Source: Chiloscyllium plagiosum (taxonomy: Eukaryota). Taken from it: a stretch of 42,191 nucleotides of DNA. Under the pieces are notes generated by a model that saw only the letters and a program-made list of their open reading frames with translations, searched no databases and was not told the origin of the DNA. Both the position numbers and the translations under genes were made by a program. Location: NCBI RefSeq assembly GCF_004010195.1, contig NW_025215345.1:33540-75730 (forward strand), read 5' to 3'. Positions 23,201 to 38,800 of this stretch are shown one piece after another (within the stretch, counting starts at the first letter, position 1; each line of letters begins with the position of its first letter).

Positions 23201-26200
23201 CAATCTCTGACTCTCTCTGACACACTATGCGAAACACTGACACACTTTCTGACTCTCTCTGACACTCTCTAAGACACATTGTGACACTCTCTGAGACACA
23301 AAGAGATACACTTTGACTCTCTGTGAGACACATCGTGAAAGTCTTTGACTCTCTCTGTGACACTAAGTGACACTTTCTGACATATTCTGACACTCTCTGA
23401 CACTCTCTCTGACACTCTCTGTCTCTCGCTGAGGCACTGTGTCACTCTATGTCTCTCTTGGAGTCACTGTGAACCTCTCTGACACACACTATGACACTCT
23501 CTGAGACACACCGTGAAACACTTAGACACTCTCTGGCACTCTGAGACACACTCTGACAGACTGTGACACTCTCTGACTCTCCCTGACACTCTATGAGACA
23601 CACTGGGACACTCTCTGAGATACACTGTGACACTCTCTGACACTCTGAGACACGCATTGATTCTCTCTAACTCTCTCTGAGACACACAATGATACTCTCT
23701 GACTCTCTTTGAGACATACTGCGACACTCTGACACACTGTGACACTCGCTGAGACACACTGTGACTCGCTCTGACAGACGGTGATATAATGTCACACTCT
23801 CTGACAAACTCTAAGACACACTTTGGCACCCACTGAGACACACAGTGATACTCTCTGACTCTCTCTGAGACACACTGTGACACTTTCTGACACACTGTGA
23901 CATTCTCAGAGACACATATTGATACACGTTTACTCTCTCTGAGACACGCTGTAACACTCTCTGAATCTCTGTCTGACACACAGTGACACTCTCTAAGACA
24001 CTGTGACACTCTCTGTCTGTCTCTCTAAGAGACTCCGTGTGACACTCTCTCTCTCTCTCTCTCTCTCTCGCTGAGGCACTGTGACATTCTCTGAGACAGA
24101 CTGTGGCAGTCTCTGAGACAGTGAAACACGTTTACTGTGTCTGATATTGTCTGAGACACACTGTGACATATTCTGATACTCTCTGACACCCTCCGAAACA
24201 CACTGTGACACTCTCTGACAGATTGTGACACACTGTGACACTCTCTGATTCTCTCTGACACTGTCTGATACACACTCTGACTCTGATTCTCTCTGACACT
24301 GTCTGATACACACTCTGACATTCTCTGACTCTCTGACACTCGCTGACCCTCTGAGATACGCATTGATACTCTCTGACACTCTCTGAGACACACAGTGATA
24401 CTCTCTCACTCTCTTCGGGACACACTGTGACACTCTCTGACACACTGTGACACTGTCTGACACAGTGTGACACTCTCTGACTCTCTCTCAGACACACTGT
24501 AACAATCTCTGACACACTGTGACACTCTGAGACACACTGTGACACTCTGACTCTTTCTGACACACTATAAGAAACACTGCCACACTCTCTGACTCACTCT
24601 CTGAGACACTTGTGATACTCTCTGACACACTCTGACACTCTCTGACTCCCTCTCTCTGACACACAGTGACACTCACTCTGACACTTTCTGTCTGTCTGGC
24701 TCTGAGACACTGTGTTTCACTCTCTGTCTCTCACTGAGTCCCACTATGACACTCTGAGACAGACTGTGACACTCTCTGAGACGCACCGTGAAACACTTTG
24801 ACCCTCTCTCATACTGTCTGAGACACACTGTGACACACTCTGACGCTTTCTGACACACTATGAGTATCACTGCCACACTCTCTGAGTCTCTCTGAGACAC
24901 ACTGTGACACTCTGACGCTTTCTGACACTCGCTGAGACACACTCTGACACTCTCTGACACACTCTGACACTCTCTGAGACACACAGTGATACACTTTGAC
25001 TCTCTCTGAGATACGCTGTGACACTCTCTGACACACTGACACTCTCTGGCTCTCTGTCTGATACACAGTGACGCTCTCTAAGTCACTGTGACACTCTCTG
25101 TCTGTCTCTCGCTGAGACACTGTGTGACACGCTCTGTCTCTCGCTGAGGCACTGTGACACTCACTGAGGCAGACTGTGACACTCTCTGAAACACACCGTG
25201 AAACACTTTGACTCTCTCTGATAGGGTCTGAGACACACTGTGACACTCTCTGACAGACTATGACACACTGAGACACTCTCTGATTTTCTCTGACACTGTC
25301 TGAAACACACTCTCACACTCTCTGACTCTCTGAAACTTTCTGACCCTCTGAGACACGTATTGATACTCTCTGACAATCTCTGAGACACACAGTGATACTC
25401 TCTAACTCTCTCTGCGACACACAGTGATACTCTCTGGCTCTCTTCCAGACACACTGTGACACACTCTGACACTCTGTCACAACTTCTGACTCTCTGACAC
25501 ACTGACACTCTGAGACACTCCATGAGTCTCTCGAAGTCACTGTGAAACTGTCTGAGACACACTGTGACACTCTCTGAGGCACACCGTGAAACACTCTCTG
25601 ACACTCTGAGACACACTCTGACCGACTGTAACACTCTGACTCTCTCTGACATATACTGTGACACACTCTGAGAGGCACTGTGACACTCGTTGACACTCTG
25701 AGACACGCATTGATACGCTCTGACACTCTCTGAGACACGCAGTGATACTCTCTAACTCTCTCTAAGACACACAGTGATACTCTCTGACTCTCTTCGAGAC
25801 ACACTGTGACACTCTCTGAAACACTGTGACACTCTGATACACACTCTGACTCTTTCTGACACTATGTGAAACACTGCCACACTCTCTGACTCTCTCTGAG
25901 ACACACTGGGACACTCTGACTCTTACTGACACTCTCTGCTACACTCTAAGACACACTTTGATACCCACTGAGACATGCAGTGATACTCTCTGACTCTCTC
26001 TGAGACGTTCCCTTATACTCTCTGACCCACTCTGACACTCTCTGACACACAGTGACACTCTCTTAGATACTGTGACACACTCTCTCTCTGTCTCTCTCTG
26101 AGACACTGTGTGACACTCTCTGTCTCTCGCTGAGGCACACTGTGACACTCTCTGAGAAACATCATGAAACAATTTGACCCTCGCTGACACTGTCTGAGCC

Positions 26201-29200
26201 ACACTGTGACACACTCTGACGCTGTCTGACACGCTCAGAAACACACTGTGACACTCTCGGACTCTTTCTGACAGACTATGAGAATCACTGCCACACTCTC
26301 CGACTCTCTCTGAGACACACTGTGACACTTTGACACTCACTGACTCTCAGTCTGACACACCGTGACAATCTCTGACACACTGTGACACTTTCTGACTCTT
26401 TCTCTGACACACTATGACAATCTCTGAGGCACACTGTGACACTCTCTGACACACTGTGACATTCTCTGACTCAATCTCTGACACACTGTGACAATCTCTG
26501 ACACACTGTGACCCTCTGAGACACACTGTGACGCTCTGACTCTTTCTGACACACCATGAGAATCCCATGCCACACTCTCTGACTCTCTCTGAGACAAGCT
26601 CTGAGAGTCTCGGAAACACTCTGACACTCTCTAACTCTCTCTGACAGATAGAGACACTCTCTTAGACACTGTGACAATCTCTATCTGTCCCTCTCTGAGA
26701 CACTGTGTGACACTCTCCGTCTCTCGCTGAGGCACACTGTGACACTCTCTGATACACACCGGGAAACACTTTGACCGTCTCTGATACTGTCTGAGACACA
26801 CTCTGACGCTCTCTGACGCTCTCTGACACTCTCAGAAATACACTGCGACACTCTTACTCTTTCTGACACTCTCTGAGACACACTGTGACGCTTTCTGACA
26901 GACGGTGATACACTGTCACATTCCCTGACACTCTCTGACATGCTCTAAGACACACTTTGACACCCACTGAGACATACAGTGATACTCTCTGACTCTCTCC
27001 AAGACGCGCTTTGACACTCTCTGACACACTCTGACGCTCTCTGGGACACATAGTGATAACATTGACTCTCTCTGAGACATGCTGTGACATTCTATGACAC
27101 ACTCTGACACTCTCTAAGACACTGCGACACTCTCTGTCTGTCTCTCTCTGAGACACTGTGTGACACTCTGTTTCTCGCTGAGGCACCATGACACTCTCTG
27201 AGTCCCTCTGACACTCTTAGACACGCTCTGACAGACTGTGACACTCTCTGAGACACACTGTGACACACTCTGACACACTGTGACACTCTCTGACTTTATA
27301 TCTGACGCCCTGTGACACTCTTGGAATCACTGTGAGACTTGCTGACACGCTGTGAGATACATAGTGACACTCTGACTCTCTGAGACATGCTGTGATACTC
27401 TCTGACGTGGTCTGAGACTCACTGTGACACTTTCTGACTCTCTCTGACGCACTGTGACACACTCTGACACACTGTCAGACTCTCTGACTCTCTCTCTGAC
27501 ACACTGTGACACTCTGAGACAAACTGTGACACGCTCTGACAGACTGTGACACACTGTGACACTCTCTGACTCTCTCTGACACACTATGGGAAACACTGCC
27601 ACTCTCTCTGACACTCTCTGAGACACACTGTGACACTCTCTGACACACTCGGACACACTGTGACACTGTCTGAGACACATAGTGATACACTTTGACTCTT
27701 CTGAGACGCGCTGTTACACTGTCTGACACAATGTGACATTCTCTGAGACTCTCTTGGACATTCTCTGTCTCTGGCTGAGACACACTGTGACACTCTATGT
27801 CTCTCTTGGAGTCACTGTTACACTCTCTGACACAGTCTAAGACACACTTTAACACCCACTGTGACATGCAGTGATACTCTCTGACTCTCTCTGAGACAAT
27901 CCCTTACACTCTCTGACACTCTCTGAGACACACTGTGACACTCTCTGAGATACACTGTGTCACTGGTTGACGCTCTGAGACACGCATTGATGCTCTCCGA
28001 CACTCTCTGAATCTCACTTTGACACTCTCTTATAGACGGTGATACACTGTCACACTCTCTGACACTCTCTGACACACTCTAAGACACACTTTGACACTCA
28101 CTGAGACGTACAGTGATACTCTCTGACGCTCTCCAAGACAGGCTATGACCGTCTCTGACATACTCTGACACTCTCTGACACTCTCTGGCACACGGTGACA
28201 CTCGCTGAGACACATAGTGATACACATTGACTCTCTCTGAGACATGCTGTGACACTCTCTGACACACTCTGACACTCAGACTCTGTCTGACACACAGTGA
28301 CACTCCATGACAGGCTGCGATGCTCTCTGACTCTTCCAGACACTCTCTGAGACACAATGTGACACACTGTCACACACTGTGACAGTCTCTGACACTGTAT
28401 CTGACGCCCTGTGACACTCTCTGAAACACTGTGACACTTGCTGACACGCTCTGAGATGCATTGTGACACTCTCTGACTCTCTCTGAGACACGCTGTGACA
28501 CTCTCTGACATGGTCTGAGACTCACTGTTACACTCTCTGACTCTCTCTCTCTGACCCACTGTGACACACACTCTGACACACTGTCAGACTCTGACTCTCT
28601 CTCTCTGACATACTGTGACACTCTGAGACAAACTGTGACACTCTCTGACAGACTGTGACACTCTCTGACTCTCTCTGACACACTATGAGAAATACTGCCA
28701 CTCTCACTGACTCTCTCTGAGACACGCTGTGACTGTCTGACACACTCTGACATTCTCTGAGACTGACTCGGACATTCTCTGTCTCTCGTTGAGACACACT
28801 GACACTCTATGTCTCTCTCGGAGTCACTGTGACATTCTCTGGCACAGTCAGTCTAAGACACACTTTGACACCCACTGTGACATGCAGTGATACTCGCTGA
28901 CTCTCTCTGAGGCAATTACTTATACTCTCTGACACACTGCGACATTCTCTGAGACACGCTGTAACACTGACAAACTCTGACACTCTCAGGCTCTCTCTGT
29001 TTGACACACAGTGACACTCTCTAAGACATTGTGACACTCTCTGTCTGTCTCTCTGAGACACTGCGTGACACTCTCTGTCTCTCGCTGAGACATAGTGACA
29101 CTCTCTGAGACAGACAGTGACACTCTCTGAGACACACCGTGAAACACTTTGAACCTCTGATACTGTCTGAGACACACTGTGACACACTCTGACACTTTCT

Positions 29201-32200
29201 GAAATACACTATGACACTCTCTGTCAGACCGTGACACACTGTGACACTCTCTGACCCACTCTGACACTGTCTGAGACACACTCTGACACTCTCTGACGCT
29301 CTGTGAAACTCTCTGACACTCTGAGACACGCATTGATCCTCTCTGACACTCTCTGAGACACACAGCGATACTCTGTAACTCTCTCTGAGAAACAGTGATA
29401 CTCTCTCACTTCTTCCAGACACACTGTGACAATCTCTGAAACACTGTCACACTCTCTGACTCTCTCTGACACTCTCTGACTCTCTCTGGCACTCTCTGAG
29501 ACACACTGTGTCACTCTCTGACACTTTCTGACACATCATGAGAAACACTGCCACACTCTCTGACTCTCTCTGAGACACACTGTGACACTCTGAGACACAC
29601 TGTGAGACTTTCTGACTCTCTCTAACACACTGCGGCACTCTGAGAGAAACTGTGACACGCTCTGACATACTGTGACACCCTGTGACATTCTCTGAATCTC
29701 TCTGACACACTAAGAGAAACACTGCCACTCTCTCTGACACTCTCTGAGACACACTGTGACACTCTCTGAGGCACATAGTGATACACTTTGACTCTCTCTG
29801 AGACACACTGTGACACTCTCTGACTCACTCTGACATTCTCTGAGACTCTCTCGGACATTGTCTGCCTCTCGCTGAGACAAAGTGTGACACTCTATGTCTC
29901 TCTCGGAGTCACTGTGACACTCTCTGACATCTCTAAGATACACTTTGACACCCTCTGTGACATGCAGTGATACTCTCTGACTGGCTCTGAGACAATCCCA
30001 TATACTCTCTGACACAGTCTGACACTCTCTGAGACACACTGTGACACTCTCTGAGAATCTGAGACACGCATTGATGCTCTCTGACACTGAGACGCACACT
30101 GATACTCTCTGACTCTCTTCGAGACATACTGTGACACTCTCTGACACATTGTGACACTCTCTGACAGACGGTGATACACTGTCACACTCTCTGACACTCT
30201 CTGACACACTCTAAGACACACTTTGACACCCACTGAGACATTAAGTGATTCTCTCTGACTGTCTCTGAGACACTATCTTACACTCTCAGACACATTCTGA
30301 CACTCTCTGAGACACATGGTGGCACTCTCTGAGATACACTTTGACACTCTCTGACACCCTGAGACACGCATTGATACTCACTGACACTCTCTCAGACACA
30401 CAGTGACACTCTCTGACTTTCTTCGCGACATACTGTGACACGATCTGACACACTGTGACACTGTATGACTCTCTCACTAACACACTGTGACAATCTCTGA
30501 CACACCGTGACACTCTGAGACACACTGTGATGCTCTGACTCTTTCTGACACACTATCAGAATCATTGCCACACTATCTGACACTCTCTGACACACGCTGA
30601 GAGACTCTCTGACACACTTTGACACTCTCTGAATCTCTCTGACACACAGTGACACTGTGACACACTCTGTCTGTCTCTCGCTGAGACACACTGTGAAACT
30701 CTCTGAGACACAGCGTGAAACAATTTGAATCTCTCCGATACTGTATGAGACACACTGTGAGACACTCTGACTCTGTCTGACACTCTCAGAAACACACTGT
30801 GACACTCTCGGACTCTTTCTGACACACTATGAGAAACACTGCCACACTCTCTGACTCTCTCAGAGACACACTGCGACACTCTTACACTTTCTGACACTCT
30901 CTGAGATTTACTGTGACACTCTCTGACACACTCTAATAAATACTTTGGCACCCACTGAGACATACAGTGATACTCTCTGACTCTCTCCAAGAAGCGCTGT
31001 GACACCAATTGACAAACTCTGACACTCTCTGACACTCTCTGACACTTGCTGACACACGGGGACACTCTCTGAGACACATAGTGATACACATTGACTCTCT
31101 CTGAGACACGCTGTGACACTCTCTGACACACTCTGACACTCTGACTGTCTGTCACACAGTGACACTCTCTGACAGACTGTGACGCTCTCTGACTCTTCCG
31201 GACACTCTCTGAGACACACTCTTACACACTATGACACTCTCTGATTCTATCTAAGACGCCCTGTGACACTGTCTGAAACACTGTGACGCTTGCTGACACG
31301 CTCTGAGATGCATTGTGACGCTCTCTGACTCTCCCTGAGACACGCTGTGACACTCTCTGACTTGGTCTGAGAATCACTGTGACACTCTCTGACACTCTCT
31401 CTGACACATTGTGACACTCTGAGACAAGCTGTGACACGCTGTGACAGGTTATGACACCCTGTGACACTCTCTGAATCTCTCTGACACACTATGAGAAACA
31501 TTGCCACTCTCTCTGACACTCTCTCAGACACACTGTGATTCTCTCTGAGATATACTGTGACACTCTCTGACACCCTGAGACACGCATTGACACTCTCTGA
31601 CACTGTCTGAGACACAGAGTGATACTCTCTGACTCTCTTCGAGACATACTGTGAAACTCTCTGACACACTGTGACTCTCTCTGACTCTCTCTCTGACACA
31701 CTGTGATAATCTCTGACACACTATAACACTCTGAGATACACTGTGACACTCTGACTCATGCTGACACACTATGAGAAACACTGCCATACAGTCGGACTCT
31801 CCGAGACATGCTGTAACACTCTCTGACGCACTCTGACTCTCACTGACTCTCTCTCTCTGACACACAGTGACACTCTCTAAGACACTGTGACACTCTCTGT
31901 CTCTCTCTGAGACACTGTGTGAAATTCTCTGGGTCTCGCGGAGACAGAATATGAAACACTCTGAGACAGACTGTGACACTCTCTGAGACACACCGTGAAA
32001 CACTTTGACACTCTCTGATACTGTCTGAGACACTCTGTCGCTCTCTGACACTCTCTGGACACACTGTGACACTCTCTGACTCTTTCTGACACACTATGAG
32101 AACGACTGCCACGATGTCTGACTCTCTCTGAGATACACTTTTACACTCTGACTCTTTCTGACACTCTCTGAGACACACTGTGACAATCTTTGACACACTG

Positions 32201-32800
32201 GGACACTCTGAGACACACTGTGACACGCTGACTCGTTCTGACACACTATGAGAAACACTGCCACAATCTCTGATTCTCGCCGAGACACGCTGTAACACTC
32301 TCTGACACACTCTGACACTCCCTGACTCTCTCTGTTTGACACACAGTGACACTCTCTAAGACATCGTAACACTCTCTGTCTGTCTCTCTCTGAGAAACTG
32401 CGTGACACTCTCTGTCTCTCGCTGAGACACTGTGAAAGTCTCTGATACAGACTGTGACAATCTCTGAGACACACCTTGAAACACTTTGACCCTCTCTGAT
32501 ACTGTCTGAGACTCACTGTTACACACTGTGACACTCTCTGACATTTCTGAAACACACTATGACACTCACTGTCAGGCCGAGACACACAGTGATACTCTGT
32601 AACTCTCTCTGAGACACAAAGTGATACTCCTTCACTTCTTCGAGACACACTGTGACACTCTCTGACACACTGTCACACACTGTGACTCTCTCTCTCTGAC
32701 ACAATGTGATAATCTCTGACACACAGTGAGATTCTTGGTGACACACTCTGAGACTCTCTGACTCTTTCTGACACATTATGAGAAACACTGCCACACCCTC
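23200..32800 (+). repeat. Satellite domain 2 (boundaries approximate)
   Basis: Marker cactatgagaaac-type words at about 24563, 25860, 27582, 28681, 30825, 31487, 31767 and 32244. Marker ctatgtctct(c)(t/c)ggagtcactgt at about 23447, 27795, 28807 and 29892. Confidence 0.7.
24045..24068. repeat. (CT)12 microsatellite within the satellite
   Basis: Uninterrupted ct run at 24045-24068. Confidence 0.85.
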
Positions 32801-35800
32801 TCACTCACACTGAGACACTCTCTGACACTCTCGGACACTGTGAGACACACTGTACACACTCTGTGACATTACGTGATACTGTCTGACTCTCTCTGACACA
32901 CGCTGTGACAGTCTCTGACACACTCTGACTCTCTCTCTCTGACACACTGTTCCACTATTTAAGACGCTGTGACACTCCCTGTCCGTCTCTCTCTGAGGCA
33001 CTGTCTCTCGCCGAGAGACTCTGACACTCTCTGAGACACACCGTGAAACAACTTGAACTCGCTTATACTGTCTGAGACGCAATGTGACGCAATCTATTGG
33101 TCTCTGACACTCTCTGAAACACACTGTGACACTCTCTGACAGACTGTGAGACACTGTGACACGCTCTGACTCTCTGACACTGTCTGAGATACACTGTGAC
33201 ACTCTCTGACTCTCTCTGACACCCTGACAGACGGTGAGATGCTGAAACACACTGACACTCTCTGACATTCTCCGAGGCAGACTGTGCCACTCTCCAACAC
33301 AATGTAACTCTCTATGACTCCCTATGAGACACACTGTGGCAATCTCTGACAGACTGTGCCACACTGCGACACTCTTGGACAATCTTTGAAACACATTTTT
33401 ACCACATTGTGACCCTTTCTGACTCTCTCTGTCACTCTCTGAGACACACTGTGACACTCTCTGACACTCTCTGAGACACACTGTGACAATCTCTGTCGCT
33501 CTCTGAACGATTGTGAGACAGAGAGACACACTGTCCCACATTCTGACCGACACTGACACACTGTGACACTCTCTAAGACTCAATGTGACACACTCTGACC
33601 CTCTTTGACACTCAGAGACAGATTGTGACTCTCTCTGATACTCTTTGAAACACACTGTGACCCTCTCTAATAGAGTGTGACTCAGTGTTACACTTTTTAA
33701 TTCTCTCTGACTCTCTATGAGAAACACTGTGACTGTCTCTGACACGATCTGAGACACACTGTGACACTCTCTTTCTCTCTCTGCGACACATTGTGCCACT
33801 CTCTGAGACACACTGTGACACACTATGAGCCTCTTTGAAACTCTCTGAGATACTCTGTGGCACTCTCCGACACTCTCTGACTCTCTGTGACACTTTCTGA
33901 CACACTCTGAGACACACTTTGACATTCTGTAACTCTGAGAAACACTGTGACACACTCTGACTCTCTCTGACACACTGTCATACTCTCTGACTCTCTCTCT
34001 GACACCCTATATCACTCTCTGACACACTGTGACACTTTCTGACACTCTCGGAGACATACTGTACCCGTCTTAAGACACTATGATAATCTCTGACGCTCTC
34101 TGAGAGATACTGTGATACTCTCGGACAGATTTTGACACACTGTGACACTCCCTGACTCTCTGACACTCCCTGAGATACTCTGTGTCATTCTCTAAGACAC
34201 ACTGTGACAAACTCTGACCCTCTTTGACAATCTCTGTGACACTCTCTGACTCTCTCTGATACTTTCAGAGACACACTTTGACACTCTCTGACTCTCTCTG
34301 AAACACACTGCGACACTCTCTGACTCTCTCTGACACACTCTGAAACACACTGTGACACTCTCTGACAGACTGTGGCACAGTGTGACATTTCTGACTCTCT
34401 CTGACACACTCTGAGACCCACGTGGCACTCTCTGACTCTCTCTGAGACATACTGTGCCACTCTCTAGCAGACTGTGGCTCCTTTTGACTCTCTGTGAAAC
34501 ACTCTGTGAGACACACTGTGACACTGTGAGGCACAGTGTGACACTCTCTGACACCTTCTGACACTCACCGTCTCTCTCTTGGACACACTGTGATAATCTC
34601 TGACACACTGTGACACTCTTATAGACACTGTGACACTTTCTGACGCTCTCAGAGACATACTGTGATACTCTCGGACAGATTTTGATACACTGTGACACTC
34701 CCTGACTCTCTCTGACACTCCCTGAGATACACTGTGACACTCTCTAAGACACACTGTGACAAACTCTGACCCTCTTTGACAATCTCTGTAACACACTGAC
34801 ACTCTCTGACTTTCTCTGACACCCACTGTGACACACTTTGAAACTGACTGAGACATACTGTGCCACTCTCTGATGAACTGTGACACTCTCTCACTGTCTC
34901 TGAGACACACTGTGACATTTTCTGTCTCACTGTTGCACTCTCTAACTCTCTCTGACATTCTCTGAAACACACTATGACACACTGCGACACTCCCTGACAT
35001 TCTCTGAGACACACTGTGACACTCTCTGACTCTCTCTGACACTGTCTGAGACACACTGTGAAACTTTCAGACTCTCTCTGTCCGATTGTGAGACTGTGAG
35101 ACACGCTTTGACACTGTCTGACCGACAATGACACACTGAGACACTCTCTGACACTCTCTGAAATAGACGGTAACACACTCTGAGGCACACTGTGGCACTC
35201 TCTGACAGGCTGTGACACAATGTGACAATCGCTGGCATTCTCGGACACTCTCTGAGAAACACTGACACTCCCTGACTCTCTCTGACAGTGTCTGACACAC
35301 AATGTGACACACTCTGACTCTCTCTGAATCTCCCTCTCCGACTCTGAGACACTGAGACACACTGTGACACTCTCTGACCGACACTGACACACTATGACAC
35401 TCTCTGAGACACACTGTGACATACTATGACCCTGCTTGATACTCTCTGTGACAGACTGTGACTCTCTCTGTCACTCTCTGAGACCCAAGTGGCACTCTAA
35501 AACTCTCTGAGGCCCAGGTGAGACTCTCTGACACTCTCTGAGACATTCTGTGCCACTCTCTAACACACTGTGACACTTTATGACCCTCTTGCAGACACAC
35601 TGTGACACTCTCTGACTGTCTCTGTGACATACTGTGACACTCTCTGACCCTCTCTGACACTCGCTGAAACACACGGTGACACTCTCTAGCTCTCTCTGAC
35701 ACTCCCTTACACTCTCTGAAACACACTGTGACTCTCTCTGACAGACTGTGACACACTGTGAAATTCTCTGCCACTATCTGAGTCAGACTGTGACACTCCC

Positions 35801-38800
35801 TGACAGACTGCGATACTCTGACACTCTCTGCCTCTCTCTGACACACGTGATACTCTCTGACTCTCACTGAGACACAGTGTGACACTCTCTGACACATTCA
35901 GAGAGCCATACAGTATCCCTACCTAAGACACTGTGATAAGTCTGACGCTCTCTGAGACATACTGTGATACTCTCTTACAGACTGTGACACACTATGACAC
36001 TCCCTCACTCTCTCTGATACTCTCGGAGATACACTGTGAGACCCTCCGAGACACTCTGTGACACACTCTGACCCTCTTTGACACTCTCTGTAACATACTG
36101 TGACACTCTCTGACACTCTCTGACTTTCTCTGAGACTGTCTGAGACATACTGTGCCACTCTCTGATGCACTTCTACACTCTCCCACTGTCTCTGAGACAC
36201 ACTCTGACATTCTCTGACTCACTGTGACACTCTCTAACACTCTCCGGCCCTCTCTGAGACACACTGTGACACACTGCGACACTCTCTGACATTTTCTGAG
36301 ACACACTGTGTCTCTCTCTGACAGACTGTGACGCACTGCGACACACTCTGACAGTCTCTGAGACATGCTGTGACACTCTCGGACACTCTCCGAGGCACAC
36401 TGTGACACTCTCTGAGTCTCTCTGACGCTGTCTGACACACAATGTGACGCTCTCATGCACTCTCTGAGATACAATGTGACACTTTCTGTCTCTCTCTGAT
36501 AGATTGTTAGACAATGAGACACACTGTGACACTCTCTGACAGAGTTTGACACTCTGCGACACTCTCTGACACTTTCTGAAACAGACTGTGACACTCTTTG
36601 ACACTCCCTGAGGCACACTGAGACGCTCTCTGACAGACTGTGACACGCTGTGACTCTCTCTGACAGACTGTGACACATTGCGACACTCTCTGACATTTCT
36701 GAAACAGAGTGTGACATTCCTTGTCACTCTCTGAGGCATGCTGTGACACTCCCTGACAGATTGTGACAGACTGTGACAATCGCTGACATCCTCTGACACT
36801 CTCTGACACACACTGACACTCTCCGACTCTCTCGGACATTGTCTGAGACAAACTGTGACACTCCCTGACTCTCTCTGAATCTCTCTGACCGACTGTGAGA
36901 CACAGGGACACACTGTAACACTCTGTGACCGACACTGACGCACTGTGACACTCTCTGAGACATACTGTGACACACTCTGACCCTGTTTGACACTTTCTGA
37001 GACAGACTGTGACTCTCTCTGGCACTCTCTGAAAAACATTGTGACACTCTCTGATAGACGGTGACTCCGTGTGACACTGTTTGACACTTTCTGACACTCT
37101 CTGAGACTCACGTGACACTCCCTTACACTATCTGAGACAGACTGTGATACTCTCCGACAGACTGTGATACACTGTGACACTTTCTGCGTCTCTCTGACAT
37201 TCTCTCTGACACACAATGATACTCTCTAAATCTCTCTGAGACAGTGTGAGACTCTCTGAAACATTCTAACTCTCTGACGCGCTCTCTGACACACTGTGGC
37301 AATCTGTGACACACTGTGACACTCTGACACTCTGATACACACTGTGACACTCTCTGAGACAGACTGTGAAACACTTTGACACTCTCTGACTCTCTGAGAC
37401 ACACCGTGACACGCTTTGACAAACTGACTCTTTAACAGAATGTGACACACTGTGACTCTCTCTGAAAGACTGTGCCACTCTCTGACACTCTGAGGCACGC
37501 TGTAACACTCTCTGACAAACTGTTACACACTGTAACACTCTCTGACTCTCTATGATACTCTCAGATACACACTGTGAAACTCTCCGACTCTCTCTGTCAC
37601 ACCCTGAAACACACTGTGACACTCTTAGATGGACTGTGACACAGTGTGACATTTTTGGACTCTTCCCGACCCTCTCTGACACTCGCTGAAACACGCTGTG
37701 ACACTCTCTGACTCTCTTGGACACTCTCTGACACTCCCTTACACTCTCCGCGACACACTGTGACTCTCTCTGACAGACTATGACACACTGTGGAACTCTC
37801 TGACTCTCTCTGCCACTCTCTGAGACACACTGTGGAAGTCTCGGACTCTCTCTGCGACACACTGTGACACCATCTGTGTCTCTGTCCAGATCTCCCTGAC
37901 CGACAGTGAGACACTGAGACCCACTGTAACACTCTGTGAACGACATTGACACACTGTGACACTCTCTGAGACATACTGTGGCACACTCTGACCCTGTTTG
38001 ATTCTTTCTTAGACAGACTGTGACTCTCTCTCCGACACTCTCTGAAACACACTGTGACACTGTCTGATAGACTGTGACACAGTGTGATACTTTTTGACTC
38101 TCTCTGACATTCTCTGAGTCATACTGTACCACTCTCTAACACACTGTGACACTTTATGACCCTCTCGAAGACACACTGTGATACACTCTGACTGTCTCTG
38201 AGACATATTGTGACCCTCTCTGACACTCGGTGACACACTGTGACACTCCCTCACTCTCTCTGACACTTTCGAGATACACTGTTACACCCTCCGAAACACA
38301 CTTTGACACTCTCTGACACTCTCTGACTTTCTCTGACACTCTCTGACACTGTCTGAGACATACTGTGCCACACTGTGATGCACTTTGACACCTCCCACTG
38401 TCTCTGAGACACACTGTGACATTCTCTGACTCACTGTGACACGCTCTAACACTCTCCGACACTCTCTGAGGCACACTGTGATACACTGCGACACTCTCTG
38501 ACATTCTCTGAGACACACTGTGTCTCTCTTTGACAGACGTGACACACTGCGACACACTCTGACAGTCTCTGAGACATGCTGTGACACTCTCGAACACTCT
38601 CTGAGGCACACTGTGACACACTCTGAGTCTCTCTGACGCTGTCTGACACACAATGTGACACTCTCATACACTCTCTGAGGCACACTGTGACACTTTCTCT
38701 CTCACTCTGATCGATTGTGAGACAATGGGACACACTGTGACACTCTCTGACAGACTGTGACACACTGCGACACTCTCTGACACTTTCTAAAACAGACTGT

